Source of the DNA: Octopus sinensis
Lineage: Eukaryota
Assembly (NCBI RefSeq): GCF_006345805.1
Contig: NC_043006.1
Location: 41,230,001 to 41,294,000, forward strand
Length of the DNA: 64,000 nucleotides
Direction of reading: 5' to 3'
Shown here: piece by piece, positions 14,277 through 27,430 of the stretch
Layout of the letters: each line of letters starts with the position of its first letter
Position numbering within the stretch: the first letter of the stretch is position 1
Notes under the pieces: generated by a model
Databases searched by the model: none
The model's input: the letters and a program-made list of their open reading frames with translations, nothing else
What the model was told of the DNA's origin: nothing
Position numbers and translations under genes: made by a program

Positions 14277-14662
14277 CTCTTTTACTTGTTTCACTGTGGC
14301 CATGCTGGAATACCGCCTTTAGTCGAGCAAATCGACCCCAGGACTTATTCTTTGTAAGCCTAGTACTTATTCTATCGGTCTGTTTTGCCGAACCGCTAAG
14401 TTACGGGGACGTAAACACACCAGCATCAGTTGTCAGGCGATGTTGCGGGGAACAAACACAAACATACAAACTATACACACACACATACATACATATATAC
14501 GACGGGCTTCTTTCAGCTTTCAGTCTACTAAATCCACTCAGAAGGCTTTGGTCAGCCCGAGGTTAAAGTAGAAAACACTTTCCCAAGGTGTCACGCAGTG
14601 GGACTGAACCCGGAACCATGTGGTTCGTAAGCAAGGTACTTACCACACAGCCACTCCTACGC
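14277..14662 (-). mobile_element. SINE family A
   Basis: Reverse complement of the family A head, body and tail. Confidence 0.88.
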
Positions 14663-14911
14663 ATATATACATACATATATTTATATAAATTTCGAATGGA
14701 AAGAGGTTGCTCTTTCATAGGGATGCATTCTGTTCAAGCGTTCAATGGTTTAGCTCCATATCGTTTAATATACCTGAAATTCGTTAATTTCTGTTAGTAT
14801 TTGTGTTAATAGTAACATTGATACTTGCACTATTAATATTAGCGTTACTTTTCTAAGTAAATTGTAGTTGTCGTTATAAATGCTTTCATCCATTCGATAT
14901 AGGAGTAAAGA

Positions 14912-15219
14912 ATTGCTGGTGGCACGTGAAAAAACACTCGAGCGAGGTCGTTGCCAGTGCCACTGGACTTTGTCTTGTGCAGGTGGCAAGTAAAAAGCAC
15001 CATTTAAGCGTGGCTGTTGCCAGTACCGCCTGACTGGCCATAGTGCCGGTGGCACATAGAAGCACCCACTACGCTCTCGGAGTGGTTGGCGTTAGGAAGG
15101 GCATGCAGCTGTAGAAACTCTGCCAGATCAGATTGAAGCCTGGTGCAGCCATCTGGTTCGCCAGTCCTCAGTCAAACCCATGCTAACATGGAAAGCAGAC
15201 GTTAAACGATGATGATGAT
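14912..15219 (+). mobile_element. 3' half of a SINE with an internal minisatellite and RTE-like tail (family E)
   Basis: Repeated GGTGGCA..T(A)AAAAGCAC units, then GGTTGGCGTTAGGAAGGGCAT, ending AAACGATGATGATGA. Confidence 0.7.
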
Positions 15220-15232
15220 ATATATGTATATA

Positions 15233-15306
<74 letters not shown>

Positions 15307-16076
15307 CTAGCAGTATAACCCGGCCTTGCCCGGGATTAAGTTACGATTATTAAGCTAATCAAGTTCTTTATTTGAAACCAAACTTAGTAATATCGACGTC
15401 AAATTTGGGCAAAATCCGTTGAAATTGGTTATATTATATATATATACTATATATATTATATATATATAATATAATATAATATAATATAATATAAATATAT
15501 ATGGGCAACAGACACGAACACACATGTACGTACGTGCACCTATTGCATGTTTTGTGCATGCATACATGTTCATAAACAGAAATGAATGGAAAAATGTTGT
15601 TAAATTTGTAGATTAACACTCGCACGATTTTCACTAAGAAAAATAATCGTTTTTTTTTTGCGTGGAATCAACTACTCTGGCCTCCTAATATGCTACAAAA
15701 CCCTTTTTGTGGTCCGTGAAACGGAGTGGGTGTGGTGGAATCCTCTGAAATTGTACCCATTTATATTGTGCAATTCCTTGACAAATTGCTACTCACCTCT
15801 TTGTTTCTTTGTTGTTAAATAAATGGATTGTCAACAAAACACCTTTTTACTCGGCGTAAAATAAAAACAAAACCCTTTCGCACCCAAAGTAATGTGTGTG
15901 AGAGAGAGGGGGGAGAAAGATGAACGATTTAAAATAAATAAATGATTTAAAATAAATATATTGTAATTGTTGTGTGAGAAAGTATATATACTATGATTAT
16001 AAAATATAGTGTCTTTCAAAAACATCCTGAATTTGAACAGTATATCTCATGTTTAAGAAAAGACAAAACATTTTAC

Positions 16077-17892
16077 ATTTTGCGAAAATTTTTCAAAAAT
16101 TTTTCAAAAATTTTCCCCCAAAATTATACAAAAATCTTTTTGAAAATTTTCCCCCAAAATTTTTCGAAAATTTTCCCCCAAAAATTTCTGAAAATCTTTT
16201 CGAAAATTTTCCCCAAAAATTTTTGAGAAATTTTTTGAAAATTTTCCTCAAAAATTTTGAAATATCTTTTGAAAATCTTTTGAAAATCTTTTTTGAAAAA
16301 ATTTTTTGAAGATTTTACCCAAAAATTTTCAAAAAATTGTTTGGAAGTTTTCCCGAAAATTTTTTGAACATTTTGCCCGAAAGAACAAACCTAAGCTCGC
16401 GGTATCGCGACCGATGCCGGAAGGCTGTCACGAGATACACGCGGTCGATACAGCGACGTGGTTCGTCCCGTAATTTCCCGAAAGATGGCAACTGCGGCTA
16501 GTATAGTTAGGGGCCGCCATCGGTAGGCCTGCGCCAGTCGCCCGGATTTTTGGGGAAAATTTTCCAAAAATTTTTCAGAAATTTTGGGGGAAAATTTTAA
16601 AATTCACCTGACAACAGAAGCGTTACACCTCCTATTGGAGCCTGACAGTCTCGGATGTCTTTCAGGGCTCTATCTAATGCTTCCAAAGCTCCCTTGTGAG
16701 CCATAGTGCACTCATCCCAATTAGATGACACATTTTAAGTACTTGTCCCTGATCTGAGCTTTTGTTGGTGTTGCATGAAGGCATTTCGGATGCTGCTAAA
16801 TTGAGAGGGAGTTTAAAAGTTGAGTGTGCTGTCCCCCAAAATTTCTGAAAAATTTTGAGAAAATTTTTCAAAAATTTTTTGAAAATTTTCCCCCAAAATT
16901 TTTCGAAAATTTTCCCCAAAAATTTCTGAAAAACTTTTCGAAAATTTTCCCCAAAATTAAAAAAAAAATTTTTTGAAAATTTTCCTCAAAAATTTCGAAA
17001 TATCTTTTGAAAATCTTCCCCAAAAATTTTTCCAAAATTTTTTGAAAATTTTCCCCAAAAATTTTTGGAAAATTTTCACCAAAATTTTTTTAAAAACTTT
17101 TTGAAGATTTTACCCAAAAATTTTTGAAAAATTTTTGGAAGTTTTCCCGAAAATTTTTTGAACATTTTGCCCGAAAGAACGAACCTAAGCTCGCGGTATC
17201 GCCCACGTACACGTGGACGTACCCGCGACCGATGCCGGAAGGCTGTCACGAGATACACGCGGTCGATACAGCGACGTGGTTCGTCCCGTAATTTCCCGAA
17301 AGATGGCAACTGCGGCTAGTATAGCTAGGGGCCGCCAGCGGTAGGCCTGCGCCAGTCGCCCGGAGCTCCACCGCGCTACTGTGCCCGATCTAGTAAGAAC
17401 GAATCGAAGCTCGCGGTATCGCCCACGTAAACGTGGACGTAGCCGCCCCCGATGCCGTCAGTCGCCGAGAGTCTGTGGCGATATGCACCGGGTAAATACA
17501 GCGACGTGGTCCGACCCGTAAGTTAACGGAAACAGACCCGTGAGCTTACTGGTCGGCCCACGCTGGATAGTCACGCTCTAGGTGACCGTCGCACCCCAAG
17601 GGGCTCCAGACTACTGTGTAGGGTTGTGGCTGATTGGCATAGGTGACCGTCTGGAAGGAATGTTCTCGTCGCTCCTTTCTGCCAACGGTGAGCTCCCCGT
17701 TTGCCGGTGCAAGATCGACTCTACACGGCCTCGAAAATATTTTCGAAATATTTTTGAGGAAAATTTTCAAAAAATTAAAAAAAAGTTTTGGGGAAACTTT
17801 TCGAAAAATTTTCCAAAAATTTTTCAAAAATTTTTTGAAAATTTTGGGGAAAATTTTCCAAAAATTTTTCAAAACTTTGGGGGAAAATTTAA
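16077..17892. repeat. AT-rich subrepeat arrays (~11-12 / 23-24 bp; GAAAATTTTCCCCCAAAAATTTTT-like) alternating with CpG-rich modules
   Basis: AT arrays at ~16077-16375, 16545-16600, 16835-17165 and 17733-17892. GC modules start AAGAAC(A/G)AA...AAGCTCGCGGTATCGC at ~16380, ~17175 and ~17395. Confidence 0.92.
16601..16834 (-). pseudogene. Duplicated Helitron helicase fragment
   Basis: Near-identical to 17893-18127 (TAHSTFKLPLNLAASEMPSCN...). Confidence 0.92.
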
Positions 17893-19890
17893 AAATTCAC
17901 CTGACAACAGATGCGTTACACCTCCCATTGGAGACTGACAGTCTCTGATGTCTTTCAGGGCTCTATCTAATGCTTCCAAAGCTCCCTTGTGAGCCATAGT
18001 GCACTCATCCCAATTAGATGACACATTTTAAGTACTTGTCCCTGATCTGAGCTTTTGTTGATGTTGCATGAAGGCATTTCGGATGCTGCTAAATTGAGAG
18101 GGAGTTTAAAAGTTGAGTGTGCTGTCCTGCTACCGGGTAACAAACTAGCTGCAATGCCAGAGGAGGCTACAGCTACTGCAATGTCATGATGCTGCCTAAC
18201 TTCTGCAAGAAGAAGCTTTGTAATAAATGTTTTTTCTGTCCCCCCAGGAGCATCGAGGAAGAAGATTCGTCCCTCGCGTTGGCGTACACTGTTAAGAATA
18301 GTTCTGTAGGCCTGCAGCTGGTCCGGAAGTAATTTAGGCTCATTTTCAACAATGTACTTTGAAAGCGCTTGAGTGTCGTAGGTTGTTTCACGAATGACAG
18401 TAGTGGGAAGGCTATTTGACCCTGACCTGAATGCTTGTGGCAGGCCATACGTCGATTATTCATTTCCACCCAGTTTAGCAATTCTGTCTTCAATGTCAAT
18501 GAGTGTTTCGTTATAGATTTCATTGCTGATACCCTTCATGTCAGGATAGAGCAGTTGAGCTTGGCGCTGAAAGTCTTCAGCCAGGTTGTTTCTATATTTG
18601 AGCCATTGAGTGGCCGGATCACACAGTTCGCATGCCTGTAGTAATACTACAAATAGTGCCCTGAGACTTTTAGGCGATTGTGATAAAGCAGCCTCTCCTA
18701 AAGTTACATCCCATTGTGCACCATCTTCTAACAGACCTTGTCGATAGCAGGCTTCTCTGTATGTTGTGCAGACATGTCCATGAACGGTTTTTAGGGCCTG
18801 GAAAGACGTTGGCCCTCTGACCTTATGCAGTAGTAGACGAAGGTAGAAGCACTCTTGTTGAGTGGGATGCACTATGTATACACGCCCAAGGCAAGTGTGA
18901 AACTTAATGCCAGGGTATCCATGAACATTTTGACCTGCTTTCCGTGGGGCCCATTTTTCCATTCCAAGTGTAGTACGATGGAATCTGTGGATACAGCAAG
19001 GTTTGATCGAATGGATCCACTTGACAAAGCTTGAAGAATGCAGTGAGTGTGCTATCCCTTGATTCCTCTGCCAACAGAGAAGCATTAGCATCGGTGTAGT
19101 ACACTCTTTGACCATTTTCCAGATGCACTGCAAGCTGTTGAATGGCAGGGTGTCGTTGATGAATTGGAAAGCCAAAGATGCGCCAGAAAGCCTCGTTGCT
19201 ACTTATGTACTGTACCACCTGATAATGCGTCACCTCATCCTGGCAGTATTCTTGTTGAAGTCCAAACATTGCAGCGTCAGAACCCTTGTTTACATATTTG
19301 CAAACGTACTTGATGGATTTAACGGAGTTGCAAAACTCAACGTTGATGTGGGCATTGAAAGTCTTTGACAGGAGTGGGCAGTATGGAACAATCCATCTAT
19401 TATCAATATCGTGCTGTCCGATAGTTCCTGTGAAACCTCCATCTTCTGGTTTTCTACGTCTGTATGATGGATACCCATCAGCACCTGTCTGAGTTTCTTG
19501 TAGGAACCTCCTTGGAAATCTTTTTGAACATATGCTGTCCTTCAAGCATGGTGAGTTTATGTTGAATCCACGCCCACATGGACCATGTACCATGTTTGCT
19601 TTAACTATTTCGTATAGTTCTTTGTCTAAAGCTGGACCAGGAAGCTCTGCAGAGATTATGTTGTCGATGTCATTGGACTTGATCTTCGCTGATAGCCAAA
19701 GCAGGATATGAGCATGTGGAAGGCCTTCTTTTTTGCCACTCGATTGTGTACATGTCACATTGTATGGGCCCAAAGACTTGCCCTTTTTGTATGAGCTCCA
19801 TGAGAGAGATTAACTTGAGATGGAAAACTCGGGCGTTGAGATTCCGGTTCGAATGTAAGGCAGGTTTGAAAGTGTTCCCAACTGTTATTA
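17893..19890 (-). pseudogene. Helitron Rep/helicase (RepHel) remnant with frameshifts
   Basis: Rep motifs ARVFHLKL, YTIEWQKR/GLPHAHILLW (HUH) and SIKYVCKYVNKG. Linker CFYLRLLLHKVRGPTSF. PIF1-type helicase motifs FFLDAPGGTEKT (decayed Walker A) and ASSGIAASLLPGSRTAHSTFKLPL. Truncated at ~17893. Confidence 0.95.
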
Positions 19891-19919
19891 GTTGTAGTGG
19901 TAGAGTGTTTATGCCGAAT

Positions 19920-20102
19920 ATGTACGTATGCATGTATATATATATGTATGTATGCCTGTATATATGTACAAAATCCACTGAGAATGCTTTTGTTGGTCTG
20001 AGGCTACAGCAGAAGACACCTGCCAAGTCACCACACAGTGGGACTGAACCCAGGACCATGTGTTTGGAACGTAGTTTGTTACCACACAGCCACACCTGCC
20101 CC
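19920..20102 (-). mobile_element. SINE family A 5' half, inside the Helitron
   Basis: GGGACTGAACCC...TTACCACACAGCCACACCTGCC is the reverse complement of the head. Confidence 0.8.
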
Positions 20103-21509
20103 TATGTATGTGTGTGTGTGCGTATGTTTGTATGGGTAGATATATTATGCATGTATATATGTGTATATATATGTGTACATATTACATGTACATCTATATA
20201 TATATTCATCTACACATAAAATGCAAAATACAAAGTTATATATTGATATCGCAAGTGATAACAATACTCAAAATATATAACAGACTAGAATTGTAGGCCC
20301 GTCTCTTGCAATTTCGATCAATTGGATCTTGTCCTCCCTCTTATATAGAAGTGTACAGCTGCAGCGAAATTCATTTTTGGACTTTCTTCTATCGAAGGCG
20401 TTTTAACAAAAATGCTTCCGTAAAGACGGTGAAAATATTGTCAATTTCCCCAAACAGAGACACAATTCAATTTTTAAACAATAACCAAAGCCCCTTCTCC
20501 GAAAGGGGAAGGGTTATGGATTACAATTATTTAACAAATGCAACACAACAACGTTTCCCTGACGTGGAACCAACAAACGTGATTACAATAGTCAAACAGT
20601 AATAATAATAACAACAAACCTATTTAATTTATGCCCATTTATGTGAAAGCACTTATTCAAGTTCAAGTCATTGATGCAATTTTATACGAATTGCTAATAC
20701 ACACACACACATAATAAGGGTGAAAAATTGAATATTAATTTGATTAATATGAATTGAAAACTAGTGGTGTAACATATAAGACCATAGCGGATCTTCTAGC
20801 AAAATGGATGACAATTGTTAATGGTTCATCCCTGTTATATAATACTTTCACTTTAATAGTGAAAGTGTCTGCATTACGAAAGAGATGTTTTTGTTTCACT
20901 TTTAACACGTAATACTGAAATAGTGGAGAAGATATGATATTGCTGTGGGGTCGCCCTAGGGAAAAAGTTAAGATTTTTTTGCCGATGACACTCCCCGGAC
21001 CTTAAGTAAGGCATGTGTAAAATTTGAATGAAATTGATTGTGCAGTTCTCAAGTTTTAGGGAAACACACAGACAGACAGACACACATTCTCAGTTTTATA
21101 TATAGAGAGATATATGAATTTGTGTGTGCTTGCGTTTAGAGACATAATAGTAGCACACAGCACTTCTTGCCATATGCCAAATGCACTTAATGCGTTCAAC
21201 AAATGATTGAAATGTAGATGTGACTCAGACAAATGTGAAAAAAAAAAAATTTTAACTGACAGAATGACTTTCCTGCATTTACCTTCTTTGAATTTTGTAT
21301 TCCAAACAATATTGTTTCTAGTTTCGAGTGTTCAAGCAGAAAGACAAGTGTCTTGAGAATTCATATTAGTCTAGCAGTTAGTCAAGCTGGTTGGGTTATA
21401 ATATAAATTGGGACAAAATGTAACTAATTTATACAAAACGAACGTATACTGGCTTAAGAAGCCAAAGGTCAAGACATAGAGGACTGAGAAGGCACACACA
21501 CACACACAC

Positions 21510-21544
<35 letters not shown>

Positions 21545-21799
21545 TTGAGCGTAATTTTATGTAAATGTATGTATCAATGTATGTATGTTTGTATGCGTGC
21601 ATGCGTGTGTAGTCGTAGTTTTATCACAACACATCAATTTTACTCACAGAAGCGTTGAACATGCTTTCTAGAAATGTTTATTTGGGAACTTGGATAAATC
21701 CGTGAATCCATTCATCAGAACACACACACTCACACACAAACACACACACACACACAATGTAGACTGTCCTTCCCGTACACATCCTTATACACATATACG

Positions 21800-22015
21800 T
21801 ATAAATTGAACTGCATGATGTGGAAAATATTCCATCAACATCGCCCAAATGATGTTGGCATCGCCTTTAAGATACACCCAAGACTTGGGGCCCGCGCTAT
21901 CCGTCCACAGCATAAATCACGCTCGCATCACATAACAACAATACAGCACAATTATTTCACATCAATTGGCTCCGCTTTCATTAACATTACACCAAAACAC
22001 ATTGAAGCAGAAAGG
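21800..22015 (+). mobile_element. CR1-group LINE C-terminal fragment, relative of the 57.6-59.0 kb element
   Basis: CMMWKIFHQHRPNDVGIAFKIHPRLGARAIRP versus CTMWKIYRQLCPNDLNISFKVHPRLGPRAIRP. Confidence 0.85.
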
Positions 22016-22329
22016 TAAGAAAATCGTTTTGTATTTGCTCATATGAGTATTCAGTTGTGAAATGACTTTGATATTAAGCAAGTAAATATGAAGTTAATAT
22101 GTCATCATAAATTTTGTTCGATGAAATGTCTATCCTTTGAGTCACAACTCAAGTGTCATTCAAGTCCTTTGTACTACAGGAAATCCGAAACTTACCCAAA
22201 TTTTTCCCTCTATGCATTATAGCTGATACGGATTTGGTCGAAATGACACTCTGGCTTGTATTCTATTTCTATTAAATTATGTGACCACGTTAAACTCCTC
22301 TTATTGGTCGTTTTCCATGTAGCTGACGA

Positions 22330-22501
22330 AGGTGTGGCTGTGTGGTAAGAAGTTTGCTTCCTAAACAGAAGATACTGCGGTCAACCCCACTCCTTGGCAC
22401 CGTGGGAAAGTGTCTTCTGCTATAGTCTCGGACCGACCAAATCGCTCTGAGTGGACCCGGAAGACGGAAACTGAAAGATAACCGACGAATATTTTATATA
22501 T

Positions 22502-22563
<62 letters not shown>

Positions 22564-22787
22564 TACACATGTATATGCATGTGTGTGCTTGTGTTTGTCC
22601 TCCATCCTTGTTGATGTATTTATATCACTGCAAACTAGCGGTTCAGCAAAAGAAACCGATAGAGTAAGAACCAGGCTTTTAAAAAAATTAGTATTGGATT
22701 GGGATGGGTTCTTTCAAAAAAAAATTCTTCAAAGTGGTGCCCCAGGATGGCCGCAATCAAATGACTGCAACAAATAAAACATAAAAG
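22330..22787 (+). mobile_element. SINE family A
   Basis: GGTGTGGCTGTGTGGTAAG head, internal (TA)n, family tail. Confidence 0.85.
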
Positions 22788-23551
22788 ATGATTTACCAAG
22801 AATAATTCAGGTTCACTGTTATGAGATGACAAGGGTATTTTCGGCAATCCTTCGCATCTGAAATTCGATATTATTCTCTCGTTAATTTACATTTCCATCT
22901 CCTTCCTTTGCATCTGTTTAATTAGTTTTTCTTCCTTCTTCTCCATCTTTCTCCTCATCTATTTTGACTTCCGTCCTGGTTGTTTGTATTTTCAGTTGCT
23001 GTCCTTCATTTTCTACAACTCGTTCTTCCAATGCAATTATATATCGTTCAGTCTAGTCATTTCATTTCTATTTATCTTTTGTCTCCCTTAATGCTAATTC
23101 GAAACCCAAATTGTCGCCTTTCTATCTTTCTTTTGCCAATCCAATTTTCTCTCAGCCCTTTATCCTTTCTTTCTTTCTTTCCTACTCTCTTCCATCTTTT
23201 TTTTTCTCCCTTTCTTTCTCATACTCAACATGGTTACCTTAAATTATCATTATCCTTTATATTTTCTTTGTCTTCCTTACTGATCCTATCCTCCCCGCTG
23301 CTGTATTTTTTTCTTACTTTTCTTCTTTCGTCCTAATCCTACTTCCACCCCCACTCCCCATGTTGTCATCAATCTCATTGCCTTTATCCTTTGAATGCGT
23401 TTCCCCCCTTTCAGTCGTTTCCTTTCATCATTTTCTATTTCTTCCTTAACAATACAATAGTTTATTCCCTTTTACCTATCTTGCCATTCCAGTTCCTACA
23501 TAGCTTGATGCTTCTATTTTTGTATGTTCCTTTCATTTTACTTTCTTGCTT

Positions 23552-23590
<39 letters not shown>

Positions 23591-23723
23591 CTATCTATCT
23601 ATCTATCTATCTATCATCTATCTATCTATCTATCTATCTATTTATCTATCTATGGCTGTCTGTCTCTCCTTCTCTATCTAATATGTGGTCCATGTAACAA
23701 ACAACCTACTTACCTACACACCA

Positions 23724-23800
<77 letters not shown>

Positions 23801-23847
23801 CCTACCTACCTACTTACCTACCTACCTACCTACCTACCTACCTACTA

Positions 23848-23908
<61 letters not shown>

Positions 23909-24620
23909 CATTTGCTTACATAGCGTTCGTTGTTTTACATTTGTTTCCTTGATATTTTCCATTTTTCATTATATGTCTTTTTCAATGCTCTTTCTTCTAT
24001 TTCTTGTTTTCTATTTTTCTGTCTCCCCACGCTCTCTCAATTTCATTTGTTCGATGCAATCATCGTTGAGAAATACCAGTCCAAAGTTGTTTATATCGTA
24101 GGCTTTTGATATCGTTATGCATTGGCATAAGATATCTTTTGATAGTCTCACCAACGATGATTATTAACCATTCTCAAAGAGACTCGAAGTGAAAATCTCG
24201 GCGATTCATTCTATTTGCTTCTTATTTATCCAGGTTCGTTATAAATCGGTGATACTAACGCACACATAAACACTCTCGCACGAAAACACTCACACACACG
24301 GCAACTCACACATGTACGCTTAGTATATTCATAAGAATATCTCGTGTAATATATGTATAGGCGTATGCATACACACACATGTGAATGCGTGCGGGTTTAC
24401 ACAGACGGATATACATATAGCGTTTCCATTATATTATATAATAAATATAACGTGTGTGCGTGTATATATATATATGTATGTTATATATATATAAATGCAC
24501 ATACGTATATAGATACAAATATAGTTATAGAAATATTTGTGTATATGATTGTGTATGATTGTATTTATATATGTGTACGCACACAAAAACTCACACATAC
24601 ATACATACATTTGTAATGTA

Positions 24621-24655
<35 letters not shown>

Positions 24656-25568
24656 CGTGTGTGTGTGTGTGTGTGTGTATGTATGTGCGTATATACAATC
24701 ATATATGTCTACATACATACATATATATCGGCACACACAGAGAGTAGATGGAATGAAAGTTGCTTGGGTGATATAGTAAAATTTCCCGGTTTATAAAGAA
24801 AGAATTTGTAAACGAAGCTTGTCTTGTCATTAAGAAAGCGTCCAACCATAATTAGCGAAGTATCTTTCAGACATTTTGCACGATAGATAATGGTCATATC
24901 TCTCTATTGATATGAAGCAGTAAAGTAATCCGCTTATTTCTCATCCAAGACCTCTTTTATATAGCTTTACTACCTTTCCATTCTTCTACTTCTTCCTGTC
25001 GTTGTATGCGTGTGTGTGTGTGTGTGTATGTGTGTGCGTGCGTGTTTGTTTTATAGTAAAACTATTTTTGTAGTTAGCATCGAACTTAGTTCATAACACT
25101 TGTTCATGTTATGATTAGCCTAACGATACCAAGCTGAGCTTAAATAGTAAACAAACGATTTTACTACGGATTAGTTCAAATGTTCACAGAGATGCACACA
25201 TACATACGGTGATCAGCTATCATATGCCATCATACAGCTAGGTTATTTCCTTTTACTGGATATACATGTGGAATTCTGTTAGTGTATACAGAATTTGGAT
25301 AAACATTTACAAAGGAGGAAGATAGAATCAACGGGCTTTAATTACAAAACACAACAGTTGTTTCTGTGTAGTGGCAACAGCTGTTATTTTCAGAGTTTTC
25401 CATGTCGTACTATTACATAAATGTTTATATAGATAATTACATAAACAAATATGACCCAGCAGCTGTGTACCGGCACGTCATCAGGTGAATGGTTTTGATA
25501 ACGCGCGTACTCATGCACACACGCACGCACGTACGCAACCCACACATACACACACATTCACACATTCA

Positions 25569-25634
<66 letters not shown>

Positions 25635-25929
25635 TACATCACACATGAAACACAAAAATTGAGATGTAATCATGATTTAAGCGCTATGTACGTTTCAAAT
25701 AACGTAGTTTATCTCAAAAATGCTACAATGCAACATTTGTACACACTTAATCGTTTTCAAGTTTAATCCATTAAAACGCTGCAGAGAAGAATGCAACATC
25801 ATCGTATTCTTATCAAACTATATGACCACCAAAGCTTTATTCAGAATAGGATGGTGTTGAATCCCTCTCTGTACCATTTTAATCGATCAAATATTGGATC
25901 GATATCTTTAGTTTCAAAAATCGGTCATG

Positions 25930-25983
<54 letters not shown>

Positions 25984-26769
25984 GTACCTGAATATATTAA
26001 TGAATCAAGTGTGCTATGAATACATACTCATCGTAAAGGAGAAGTTGTTTTCATGTGACAAATACAACACCTACTAGCATATTCACATTCAACTTGTTCA
26101 AACGTATTAAAAATAGATATGCAAATCATCATTTCGAATCTCGCTCTTCACCGCCCATATGACGATTTGCTATACGTTGATCAGCTCTGATCTTTAAACA
26201 GTTTGTTTACTGATTTATAAACAAAGCCACCGTTTCTCTTTTGATTCACTCATCCGGTTTCTGCTGACTGATGAGCCACAACATGTGGAAACGCTTATAT
26301 CTCAGAATTCCTTGTAACAATGTATCGTGTGTGTTGTGAACACATAGTCGTTACAAGGAAGAAGCTTTCCTCTTGTGACAAGTACAACAGCGATTAGCAT
26401 ATTCACGTTCAAATCTTACGAAATGTAAACAGAATAGGTATGCAATTCACTGTTTCGAATCTTGCTGTTCACTGTGCATATGACAGTTTATGATCAATAA
26501 ACTTTTTTTTATCAAATCCAATACTTTAGTCAGCGTTACATTTAGTCGTATTATTCTCCTAGACCAGAGTATGTCCACTTTAGGAGTGGAATACCGTCAG
26601 TTAAATAAACCACAGTACTTGACTGATATTTAAGTTATCGGTTCTTGAAAGATGGAAGACTATATGGAACCCGGCAAGCTTTGAACTAAAACTTGCGGAG
26701 TTCTTAGGTGCGTATTCTACTAGTTTTGTTATTCTACTACTCTACGATTGTCTATAGTACTGGTTTCAA

Positions 26770-26960
26770 GTTTTAGCACAAGGCCAACAAGTTCGAGAAA
26801 GGGATTAAGTCGATTATATCGATCTCAGTTCACAAGTGTTATTTATTTTATCGACCCCGAAAGGATGAAAGACAAATTCAACTCCGGCGGAATTTGACTT
26901 CAGAAGGTAAAAAGAAAAACTCATAAAAATACTGCTAAGCATTTTGCCCGGCGCCGATTG
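26770..26960 (-). mobile_element. SINE family B
   Basis: TCGACCCCGAAAGGATGAAAG core. Confidence 0.8.
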
Positions 26961-27363
26961 TCTATAAAATTGATACTTTAAGAAGTAAGATTTAGAACAG
27001 AACAAAACTTAACAATTTAGTGTATCATTTGGATTATCGAAAAAGAGCTACGAGAAAAATGAGACGAAAACAAAAATAAATAAATAAAAATAAGACATCG
27101 TAATACTCTTGCTTGTTGTCCCCTCACCTGTCTTCGTCTTTTGTTTTCTGTAAATTTGAACTACAAATATTAATATATTACATGTGTATGTGTGTGTGTG
27201 TGTATGTAAAAAGAATAAAAAGAATTAAAAAAGAGAAAACGGAATATAAATGTGTTAAGTGAGAAAACGATGTTCGTTTCAGCTAGACACCATGACGAAA
27301 TGGAAATGGAAACATGTTGAGCGAAATTAGCAGATGCTAGTTTGCAGAAAGAAGTGTGTGTGT

Positions 27364-27430
<67 letters not shown>

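Larger units (their letters stand above)
15307..21110 (-). mobile_element. Helitron, internally deleted and decayed, with captured cargo
   Basis: Minus-strand 3' end has hairpin CCCGG-GCAAGG-CCGGG (15319-15334) ~8 nt before CTAG|T (15310-15307). Minus-strand 5' end is A|TCTCTCTATATATAAAA at ~21110. RepHel remnants in between are on the same strand. That both termini belong to one element is inferred. Confidence 0.8.

Noticed and set aside
22850-23540. Long pyrimidine-rich ORFs (also purine-rich 53940-54350 and 59790-60180)
   Set aside because: Low-complexity strand bias yields F/L/S- or K/E/R-rich frames without motifs.
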